A DNA stretch of 64,000 nucleotides. Source: Azolla caroliniana (Eukaryota; Plantae; Polypodiophyta). A program made the translations under genes and the position numbers. Below are positions 52,056 to 63,162 of this stretch, in pieces. The stretch spans positions 7,626,001 through 7,690,000 of the forward strand of contig JBHGNT010000011.1 in the NCBI GenBank assembly GCA_043228905.1. The letters run 5' to 3'. Numbering within the stretch: position 1 is the stretch's first letter; each line of letters opens with the position of its first letter. Below the pieces are notes generated by a model. The model was not told the DNA's origin and searched no databases. It saw only the letters and a program-made list of their open reading frames with translations.

Positions 52056-55000
52056 TCAAGCATTAAATAGAGAGACCTCCCCTAATATGTGCTCATGAAC
52101 CTCTTGGGGGACCTTGTAGACAGTGTTGTATCCCTTAACCTTGTGCTTTGCTTGAATCATATTGAATTTGATCGCAAGAATGGCATCAACGTTGATTATT
52201 GCGATGGGTACTTCTTTTGGTAATGCATATGTGTTCTTGCACTGCGGCAACTTTGCATAATAGTTTCCATACACGACAGACTCACCAACGTTGAAATTGT
52301 TGCCCCAACCATCCCTCACCACTTCTTTCAATAATGTCTTTCCTTGCTTGCACACCACAATGTAGTAGTCTTCTAAATCTTCATTCTGAGGATATTTGAG
52401 CACTGCAAAATGATCTCCAACTTCCAATAAAACTGCCAAGTCTTGATTTTGGTTGTAGTATACAATATCGTTTGAATGCACATCCTCTTCAATATCATCT
52501 TGTCGTTCAGGCTCAAGCTTCTGCAGCTTCCAGGGCTCCACGATTGATAGGTTGATGCATTTATCCCAAGCTTCATCTAGACACATGGAACAAAAGCATG
52601 ATAAACTACGGAGTAACAATTGTGTTGTGTCCTTGCGGCTAAACCCTAACACACAATGGGTGCTACGTGTGCCTTTCACGGTTTTACAACCATATGATTT
52701 AGTTCTATCGACCTCATCAGCGCGAACTTCAACAAACAATCTGTTCTTACCATCATTTGACATCTTCCATGTTAGCCACTGCACAACATCATGTGCATTT
52801 TGTAACTTAGCACCATTATTATCCAACTGCTCACTTGTAAGGGCACGTTTGATCACAGCCCCCGCGCCATCATGCTCTCCTTTTCCATGTCCAGACCCGA
52901 AGTAATTCCATTGCATACGAATATTGAATGAGGAGAAATACCTGCTTTGGTATCTCAGGTTTCCAACAAAATTAGTACTATGTTGTCAATTGAGAGTACT
53001 ACACTTCCTTTAATACTGATTTAGTACAAATACAAAACAAAGCATAGCACAACGTATCCATTGAGAACACTCTACACTTATTAAAAGATAAATAGTACTA
53101 TGTTGTCGACCAACAGTACCTGGCATCCATTTAATACTAACTTAGTATGGATATAGCACAAAGTATAGTACAATGAGTTCATGGAAAGCACTCTACATGT
53201 ATTAACAGATAAATAGTACAAAATGTTCAATATCGGATAGTACAATACAATGTGTCCACGGAGAGCACAACCCTCCTTAGAAGATCATTAGTACTACAAG
53301 ACATGTACTTTACATCCCCCAATAAACATTGATTTAGTATAGATACAACACATAGTACAATACAGTGTGTTCATGGAGAACGTTGAACATTGATTAATAG
53401 ATAATTAGTACCACACAATGTGTTTAAAAGATGAGTACAAGATAAGTACAATACTATGAGTACAACATGAGTAAATACTGATTTAGTACAATTCTCTAAA
53501 GGACGGACAATACTATGAGTACAAGATGAGTACTTTACATCCTCCTGTAAACACAACATAGTACAAATACAACACACAACATAGTACAATGTGTCTATGG
53601 AGAACCCTTCACATGGATTAAAACATAATTAGTACAATTCTTTTGAGGACGGACAATGCTATAAGTACAAGATGAGTACTTTACATCCTTTTGTAAACAC
53701 ACCATAGTACAGAACCAACACACAACATAGTACAATGTGTCTATGGAGAACCCTTCTCATGGATAAAAAGATAATTAGTACAATTCTCTTAAGGACGGAC
53801 AATACTATGAGTACAAGATGAGTACTTTACATCCTTCTGTAAACACAACATAGTACAATGTGTCTATGGAGAACACTTCACATGGATTAAAAGTTACTTA
53901 GTACAATTCTCTTAAGGACGGACAATACTATAGAGTACAATACGAGTACTTTACATCCTTCAGTAAATACTGATTTAGTACAAATACAACACACAACATA
54001 ATACAAACAAAATTAGTATGCATGCATCCATTCACAAGTGCAAGATTCGAATAGTTACAAACATAATTAATATGCATCCATGTGAATAGTACTGTTTGTT
54101 AATAGTTACAAACATAATTAATATGCATCCATGTGAATAGTACTGTTTGTTAATAGTTACAAACATAATTAGTATGCATCCACTAACACAAGAATTACTT
54201 CCTTACACATTGCATGATAAGTACTAAATATATGGATTAAAAATTACCTGGCGATAAAGTAGAACGATCGTGCCGCCTTAAACTATGAGGCAGCACCATC
54301 AGACCAAACCCAATGACGGTTAAAGGTTAACCCTAGAGAAAATAAATCTGCATGGTGAAGCTTAAAACAATGTTGAACAAATAGTGTATCATGCTTTTTA
54401 TCATCTGAAATGTAAAATATTGATTTCTTATGTAACTCACCGTCTTGCCTCCAATAGCAAATATGTACAAGTATTGTACATTGATCATTGTACCAATGCA
54501 TTGATTGAACCTCATTTTGAACTTTAAATATATAGTTTTCTGCAAAATCAATAACGGATACGATGACACTCATTGGTAAGTTATTAATACATTCCTTGAA
54601 TTGTGAATTTTGCCAATAACTCCGGAAGTTATGTGGAATGAACTCCCCAAGTTGTTTCTTAAATTCTGAGAGAAGGGTAGCAACACATGTCTCCTTATAT
54701 ACTTCCTTGATACGCTTAGTTACAACTCCCTTGCCAATATTTTCAGTCACATACTCCAAATATTTCCATTTCACGATATGACTATTTCCCAAATCAAGCT
54801 CCTGCCTACAAAATAATGGTAGCGAACAAACCTTACATGTTCTTAATAGACATGTACGACGATGCCACTCACATGATGGTTCTTTTTCACAAACACAAGA
54901 CCTCCATAGCTCAGAAACGGATGCATAAGTCATGTTTTGTGCATTACACCTATTATCCTCCCCATTTGGTCTACAAATCTCACAAGTGCAGACACATAAT

Positions 55001-55914
55001 TCCCCGTGTATACCCTTAGAATCAGTACGCATTGCATTCACTGCTAGCCTTAACATGTCCATCTTCACATGGTACACACAACAACATGTATTCCTCTCAT
55101 TTAATTTTCTAACATAAAATGGTTTCGAACCTTGGAACTTGCGGAATCCAACAGTCAAGCATGGATGTTGGTCTTTAAAGTTCATGTACAATTCAGCCTA
55201 CATCAACCAATATATATAGCAAACATTAATATACACTTGTCAAAACACAAAGTTATGGAATGTGAATTGATATAAAAAAATGGAATACCTTTGTCATCTC
55301 CAAGAAGTGTCTAGGGTGAATCTGGTACTTACCCTGACTTCTTCGTTGTCTATACACGTCCTTCTTATTTGGTGAGACACGCATATTTTTGGCCCAAAAT
55401 GAATCCACTTTCTCAATAATCTCTTGAGATAAGGCATCACATCGTCGTCTACATCCCGACCCCAGCCACTTGAATTTGCTTGAGTGTATATTTCGGCGAT
55501 GTTTCCTCAAGTTCCTTCTTTGAATACCCAGGGCTAAGGCAACTTTAGTATCACTATTTTTTTTTCTCTCACATCGTTCACAACCATGTGTAGGGCTGCC
55601 CTCTTTGCAGCAAGTTTGTCTAAGCTCTCTACACCTTTCACTAAGTCTAGGGATGACTTCATAGACTCCACAATCTCTTCTGAAACACATTGGTCCCTAA
55701 ATTTTATTCTCTCCATGTCTTCATTCAAACTTTGATGGTGTAACACTCTACAGATAATATCCCTACGATCCTCTTCACTAAATCTCTTCGTTATTTCTAC
55801 CAAATAACGGACTATGTGAAGAACCACTCGTCTCTTAGTCCTTTTAGATATGCATGAGTTACTTGACAACTCACTCTCGTTAGGAACCCCCATTCGGTCA
55901 CTAGATTTATCCAC
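52056..55914 (-). pseudogene. Spliced Sola2-type DDD transposase (one stop, one frameshift)
   Basis: Introns 55198-55288 and 52942-54247 (GT-AG, in frame); CCCVYH, IDFAENY, ISDDKKHD, WSDGAAS*FK, WNYFGSGHGKGEHDGAGAVIKR, RSLSCFCSMC. Confidence 0.85.
52965..54235. repeat. Intronic AGTAC-rich tandem array (~146-bp units plus a ~51-bp repeat)
   Basis: GGACGGACAA at 53501, 53647, 53793 and 53916; 51-bp repeat at about 54050-54180. Confidence 0.9.
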
Positions 55915-56124
55915 AAAAATTAAGTGTCTAGCGAAAGTAGTTAATGTTATATAGACTCAACCAAGAAAACACAATCAAATGTTTTTAAATGTGGCCTGCA
56001 AAGTGAGAAATATTTTGTTTCAAACATTAGAATTACATATCAAATATGTCAAATGTCAATTCTAAAAATTTAGTACTGAAATATGAAGAAATGAAACATT
56101 TTAGTATTGAAAATAAAAAAATGG

Positions 56125-56290
56125 ATGGAAGGAACCTCCAATGGTGGAGGGAGCGTTGGATATGCCGCCTCGATTTGGTGGAAGGAACCTCCAATGGTGG
56201 AGGGAGCGTTGGATATGCCGCCTCGATTTGGTGGAAGGAGCCTCTATTTGGTGGAAGGAACCTCCAATGCCGCCTCTATTTGGTGGAAAA
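56125..56290. repeat. ~53-bp GC-rich tandem repeat upstream of the transposase
   Basis: GGAAGGAACCTCCAATGGTGGAGGGAGCGTTGGATATGCCGCCTCGATTTGGT twice, plus partial copies. Confidence 0.85.
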
Positions 56291-56784
56291 AGCCCCAAAT
56301 CACCACGACATCAACTGCAATCGGTGGAAGTAAGAAAGTCGTTGTCGAAGAAGTCACTATTGGCTACTACCTAAACCCTCAGAACAGTCTCTGTACCTCA
56401 ACCTAAACCCTAACAAAAACAGAAACCCTAAAAAAATCAGAAATCCTCAACTCAAACTCTCCAACCAGACATGGATGTCTGAGATTTAGATTGAAGGAAA
56501 ATCAGAAACGTGACATGGATGTCTGTGATGAAAAGCTCAGAGGGAAGCAACAAAACGACATGAGCGGAAGTAACAAAATCGACGTGAGGGGAAAATAGCC
56601 CCCAAAATGGAAGAACATCTCCTCACGTGTTCCCCCCACTCCTTCTATAGTAAATGACACTTGTACTACAGTCACCCCACTCTCCAAAATCGATTTTCTT
56701 TTTCTCTAATTTTTTTTCTGAATTATTTAGTACTAACAGTATTGAAAGTACTGACAATTTTTGTGGCCAAAAATAGTACTTTTC

Positions 56785-56810
56785 TGGTACACCGTAGCGT
56801 GCTTCGACCC
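56785..56810 (-). repeat. Right TIR of the Sola2-type element
   Basis: Inverted copy of 44887-44912. Confidence 0.95.
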
Positions 56811-57039
56811 GGATCTACCACCCATCCCAAACCTAAATTGGTTCAAACTGTCAAGACTGAGAGAGAGAAAGAGAGAAAAAGAGATAGAGAGATAATTGAA
56901 GAGAATTATTGTATTGAAGCGTAAAATGGATTACAAAGAGTTATCGCCCATCTCTTTACGACAGTTGCGAGATGAAGGGGGGAACAAGGCCATGTTCGTC
57001 TTCGCAATAATAGCAACTCCATCATCCACCCTCACATGA

Positions 57040-60020
57040 GGCGGATATTAAACTTCTAGAGAAATACAAGGAGTTTTCAGATGTCTTTGATAAGGTGAAG
57101 GCCAATACATTGCCAGAGCATCGGCCATACGACTGCCCTATTGACTTACAACCAGGGAAAGAACCTCCATGGGGCCCAATTTATAATCTCTCCCTTGTAG
57201 AGCTAGAAACTTTGCAGGAATATATTGATGAGAATCTGGCAAACGGATTCATTCGGCATTCTAGATACCCTACTGGTGCACCTATCTTCTTCGTTAAGAA
57301 GAAGAATGGGACTCTTCGGTTGGTCGTGGATTATCAAGGGCTAAACAAAGTGACTATTCGGAATAGATATGCTCTACCATTAATCCCGAATCTTTTGGAA
57401 CGTCTCAGTGGTGCAAAATATTTCACGAAGTTGGACCTTCGCGGAGCATATAATCTAGTTTGGATTCGCCCGGGGGATGAATGGAAGACAGCTTTCCGCA
57501 CTCGCTCTCGACATTTTGAGTATACAGTGATGCCATTCGGTCTCATGAATGCACCTGCTGTTTTCCAACATATGGCGAACGATATTTTTCGAGATTTTCT
57601 TGATATCTTCACTATAGTTTACCTAGATGATATTTTAATCTACTCAAAGACCCAAGAGGAGCATGATGAACATGTTCGTCAGGTACTGCGTCGACTCCGA
57701 GAATATGGTCTCTACGCAAAATTAGAAAAGTGTAGTTTCGGCCAGAATCAAGTGGAATTTTTGGGGTATGTTGTATCGCCAAATGGTATTGCTATGGACC
57801 CCATGAAGGTACAAGCAATTTTAGAGTGGCAAACGCCCCTTTCAGTGCGTGATGTGCAATGTTTTCTCGGGTTTGCAAATTTTTATCGAAAATTTATTAA
57901 AGATTATTCCAAGGTTGTGCTTCCGCTTACTCAGCTCACACATAAAGATCAACCATTTATATGTAGTTCAGATGCAGCCGAGGCATTTGAAAGCTTATAA
58001 CGAGCATTTACAACGGCACCTATCTTAGCACATGTCGACCCAACAAAACGCTTCATCCTCGAAGCCGATGCATCCGATTTTGCACTAGGGAGTGTCTTCT
58101 CGCAGACTGGAGATGATGGACAACTACACCCTGTCGCCTTTCATTCACGAAAGTTTGAAGCTGCAGAGATCAACTATGAGATCCATGACAAAGAGCTTCT
58201 TGCAATCGTGGATTCGTTTCAACAATGGCGACATTTCCTAGAAGGTTCTTCTCAGCAGATCATTGTCTACAATGATCATAACAACCTGACTTATTTCCAA
58301 AATGCTCGAGTCTTGAGTCGGCGACAAGCCCGGTGGGCACAATTTTTGACTCACTTCGATTTTATCATCATATATCGCCTTTGGGATGCAGCAAGGCAAA
58401 GCAAATGCTCTTTCTCGGCGCTCTTATATGGAACTTCGTCCAGGGGAACTTGGATTTGAGCATCAAAAACAAATCCTTTTGGGTCCTAATCGATTACGAT
58501 TAATGGTAGTTAACGCAATAACAACTCTTGAAAATTCCACTCTTCTTGATTCCATTCGAGATCATATGGCCACTGATGATTTCGCCAAGGATGTTTTGGA
58601 TCATATTGTCCCGGATCGTGCTTCTTGCTCACGGTCGAAAAATCCTCGTAATGACTATTGTCAGTTCTATTGGCATGGTGGTTTTCTATTTCGACAAAAT
58701 TTATTGTATGTTCCTGATGGTCCCCCACGGCTACAAGTTTTGCAACATTGCCATGACTCACCAATGGCTGGTCATTTTGGAGTTCACAAGACTCTAGAAT
58801 TAATTTCTCGACGCTATTGGTGGCCTCGCCTTCGTCATTTTGTTGAGGACTATGTTCGGAGTTGTGATATATGTTGTCAATCAAAGAATCCTCGTCACCG
58901 ACCCTATGGCTTGCTACAACCACTTCCCATTCCGGAAACTCCTTGGAAGTCTATATCCTTGGACTTCATTACTGATCTCCCAGTTTCAAAAGGTTTTGAT
59001 GCAATTCTCACAGTGGTTGATCAATTTACCAAAATGGCACATTTCTTGCCATGTACAAAGTCGATTACTAGTCAAGAGGCGGCTGATCTCCTTATGCGGG
59101 AGGTATTTAAGCATCATTGGTCTGCTAGATGATATTATTAGTGATCGTGGTCCACAATTCATCTCAAAGTTTTGGAAGCACATGTTCAAACTTCTTCACA
59201 TTTCAGTTAAGCTTTCTTCGGGCTATCATCCTGAAACAAATGGCCAAACAGAGCGTACCAACCACACATTGGAACAATATCTTCGTTGTTTCATCAACAA
59301 TCAACAAGATGATTGGGTTGCTCTTTTGCACTTGGCGGAATTCGCTTACAACAACTCAGCCCATTCTTCTACAGGATATTCCCCATTTTTTGCAAATACG
59401 GGTTGTCATCCTCGGTGGACGATGAATGCGCATCCAGAAGTTCCTACCAACCCTGCTGCCGAGGATCGTCTTAGTCGCCTCCAAGAAATTCAAGCTAACA
59501 TTCTCCACAATTTGCACGATGCTCAATTTACACACAAGAGGCTTGCCGATCGTCATCGTCTAGACTCAAAAAAGTTCCGCATTGGGGATTATGTATGGCT
59601 TCTCCAACACAACATCAAGACCACTCGACCTTGCAGTAAATTGGATTACCAACGTTTTGGCCCTTACATGATCACTGGTAAGATAAGTGATGTTGCGTTT
59701 CGTCTTGACTTCCCTCCGCACATGCATCTTCATCCAGTGTTTCATGTATCCCTTTTGGAACCTTATACTACAAGTTCAATTCTAGGCCGACTTACGACAC
59801 CCCCACCACTTGTCGAGTTTTTGGACGGGCCTGAATTTGAAGTTGCTGCCGTTCTCGATTCTAAAATCGTGTGCAACAAGCTGTATTACTTAGTCGATTG
59901 GCTAGGTTATACCCCCAATGATTGAACTTGGGAACCTGCCACAAATCTTTCCAATGCTGCAGAACTCGTCAATGCATTTCATCGCCAATATCCTTGTAAA
60001 CCAGGTCCTAATACAAACCC
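57040..60020 (+). pseudogene. pol of gypsy I: RT, RNase H, integrase and chromodomain
   Basis: KLDLRGAY, VMPFGL, VYLDD; [11 protein letters not shown]; HDSPMAGH..CDIC, SDRGPQF, GPY; EFEVAAVLDS..YLVDWLGY...TWEP. Confidence 0.93.
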
Positions 60021-60058
60021 TATGACCCGTGAGACGTGTCGTCGAAGAAGGGGGATAG

Positions 60059-60526
60059 TGTCATAATAACACTCACATCATGCATCGAAAGGATGATGAC
60101 ACTCACATTATGACTCGAAAGGATTTGAACCCACGACCTTGTTGTACACATGTCAAATCCTTAACCATTGTATTAATATTCTTATATGTATAGTCTCTAG
60201 AATATGAAATCTAATATCATAGGAATATTCTATATTACTCTACATTCTAGAATGACCTAGAATATTCTGGAGTGTTCTATACCACTAGAATCTTCTAGAA
60301 TACTCTAGAGATCTTCTAGATTACTCTACATTCTAGGATAACCTAGAATATTCTAGAGTGTTCTCTATTACTTATAAATAGGGATCTACCACCCATCCCA
60401 AACCTAAATTGGTTCAACGCCATTTTGTAGCCTACTCTTTGTAATCCATTTTACGCTTCAATACAATAATTCTCTTCAATTATCTCTCTATCTCTTTTTC
60501 TCTCTTTCTCTCTCTCAGTCTTGACA
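60059..60526 (+). repeat. 3' LTR of gypsy I (TCTAGA-rich U3)
   Basis: TGTCA...TGACA termini; about 4 differences from 44560-44886 over the shared part. Confidence 0.93.
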
Positions 60527-63162
60527 GGTTGTAGCACTTGTACCCCTTTTGCTCCAGTGAGTATCCTACGAGGATACATTTCTCCGACTTCGGGTCAAGC
60601 TTTTGATGCTTCTCGTCGAGGATGTGCACGTACGCTATAGTGTCGAATATCTGGGTGTGCGATAAGTCCGGCTTCTTTCTGAAGTATTTTTCATGCGGAG
60701 TGACCTCGTGCACTCCGGATGTTGTGCACCGGTTCATTAGGCAAATGAGTGTATTTGCAGCTTCAGCCCAATATGACTTGGGCATATGCTTCTCGTTCAT
60801 CATGGCCCGCGCTACTTCGAGGATGTGCCGATTTTTGCGCTCGGCTACTCCGTTTTGTTGTGGAGTGTGTCAGCAAGTGAATTCTCGCCGAATTCCTTCT
60901 TTTAAGAGATACACCGTGAAGTCGTCTGAGAAGTACTCCTTGCCGCCATCCGATCGAAGGCATCGTACATGACGACCAGTGGCTTTTTCGACTTCATTTT
61001 TAAACCTTTGGAAGTGTCCGAACACTTCGCTCTTTTGCCACATCAGATAGAGCCACGTGTGCCTGGAGAAGTCATCGATGAAGAGCACATAATATCGGCA
61101 TCCGCCGAATGTAGCCGTCTGCGCCGGTCCCCATACGTCGGAATGGACTACGTCGAGTAGACCTTTGCTCACGTTCCGCTCTTTTGGGAATGTGTGTCGG
61201 TGTTGTTTGCCGAATTGGCATGCTTCGCATACCCCTTTAATTTCCTTCTCTTTGAATGTTGGGAGTCTGATGACGACTCCTTTCGATTTCATTGCCTTGA
61301 GTTTGTTGAGATTGATGTGGCCGATTCACTTGTGCCATAGCTCTATGTCAGAGTCGGCTTTCGTGCTTTTTGCGAACATGGCGCCCTCTCTTCTACCACA
61401 CGCGATGATTCGGCCCTCTTTTTCGATGAAGCACCCTTCTTGGTCGAATCGTACTTGCATCGATTGCTCAACCATTTTGCCGACCGAGACCAAAATCTTC
61501 GTGATGCTGGGAACATGCAAGACATTTTTAAGGTATGTTTCCTTACCTGTTTCGCCGAACGGAACATTGCCGACATGCCGAATCGGGTGCGTAGCGGCTG
61601 TCGAAGTTTGAGAAACCATTCTTTATGAGATGTCATATGGTTTGAGGTTCTGGAGTCAACAAACCATACGTCCTCCGGATTGAGGGCACTAGTTGAGGTA
61701 GAGGCCAACATAGAGTTTGCTCTATGTTTTATCACGAACATTCCGCTATGGTTGGAGTTGTGTGCATACATTCCGCCATGATCTTCGTAGTCCGAGTTGT
61801 GCCCGTACATTCCACTATACTCTTCGTAGCCAGAGTTGTGCCCATAATTCGTGAGTTGTCAGCTTGTAGAAGCCAATTTGTGCATCTTCTTTCGGCACTC
61901 TTCTTCATGGTGGCCGAGCTTTCCGCAATATCCGCATTCAGTTGCGTTTTGACGGCACGGGTCAGAGAGGAAGCTCCCCCTTCTTGCGAAGGTTCCTCGT
62001 TGGCTTCCGTTTTGCGGCTGAAATTGGGAGTTGTTGTCGTAGGTCGGACCTTGTCCGCCTTGTCCTTGGCCAAATCGGCCTCTCGCTCGTCCGCGTCCTC
62101 TTCCTCCATTCGAGTGCGTGTAGAGCATGTGGCCTTCCCACTCATTGCTCCTTGTACGCACGTGGTTTTCTTCGACCAATAGCATTGATTGGAGCTCGAA
62201 GAAGGAGGGAGATTTCTCCCTTGCTAGAACGGCGGTTCGCATCGCGCCGAACCATGGTGCAAGGCCGCTGAGGCATATTTGCACCATCTCATCGTCATCG
62301 ATATTTATGCTTATCGAGCTGAGCGAGTCGCAAAGCTCCTTGATCCTCAAGGTGTATGTCATGATGGACATGTCCCTTTGTTGAATGTTGTTCAACTCTT
62401 GGCGGAGTTGGAGCCCTCTTGCGGTTGTGTTCGCCACGAAAATCTTTCTTTCGTAGATTTTCCCATGCCTCCTTCGGCGTCTTGGCTTCGCGAATGTAGC
62501 CGAGCATGTGATCGTGAACACATGTCGCCAAGCAATACATCATGCGGCTTGCGGCTTGCTCCCATGTCGCATATCCGGGAGCCGTGTCGACGGGTCAGTC
62601 TTCATGCGCTCCTTTGATGTAGCTCCAATAGCCTTGTCCGACAAGGTATTGGTGCATCTTGTCCTCCCAAGATGCGAAGTTGTTTCGATCCAACTTCTCG
62701 ATAGGGAGAGCAGAGCGCTCCCCATTTGAGTATTCATTATGTCAATTTTTCTTCTTCTCTCCTCGAATGCGAGCTATGTAGCAGAGCTACGATAGCGATG
62801 AGCCGATTCTTGGTCGTCGGCGTAGGACACAACGCACGCGGATGGGCTAGATCGAGCTACCAAGTCGCTATGATACCATGTAAAGAATCAAGAGATGGAT
62901 TCTGTCCAGCGGAATAGATATGAACTGTGTGTATGAGAGAGAGAGAGAGTCTGTGAGTGAGAGAGACAAGGAGTAAGACACAAAGAATACGCAAGGTAAA
63001 GTATATTAACAAAGGAGAAAGACTCAACATTATATAAGGTGGGAGGAGGCTGCTTTATATAGTCACCCTCTCTCTTCATTAACACTACAAGACTCATGGA
63101 GCATGGGGAATGTGAAAGCTCATAAGTTATGTGTCATAGAATATGATTCTATGACTCATAAC

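Larger units (their letters stand above)
44887..56810 (-). mobile_element. Sola2-type DNA transposon, 11.9 kb, with 26-bp TIRs and 4-bp TSD GGAT
   Basis: GGGTCGAAGCATGCTACGGTGTACCA at 44887-44912 and its inverted copy (1 mismatch) at 56785-56810; GGAT at 44883-44886 and 56811-56814; host LTR is continuous across it. Confidence 0.9.
44560..60526 (+). mobile_element. Chromoviral Ty3/gypsy I (Tcn1-like); gag and protease deleted; TSD GGTTG
   Basis: 3' LTR 60059-60526 with PPT 60044-60058; 5' LTR 44560-44886 plus 56811-56941; GGTTG at 44555-44559 and 60527-60531. Confidence 0.92.
41858..63159 (-). mobile_element. Copia H (related to C/E/F); 3' LTR 41858-42257; 5' LTR 62879-63159 truncated; hosts gypsy I
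   Basis: RNase H/RT at 42514-44010; INT-PR-gag at 60527-62737; PBS 62867-62878; PPT 42258-42265. Confidence 0.9.

Noticed and set aside
56374-56430. AAACCCTA motifs suggesting telomeric sequence
   Set aside because: Only two or three isolated copies; at most telo-boxes near the transposase 5' region, not an array.
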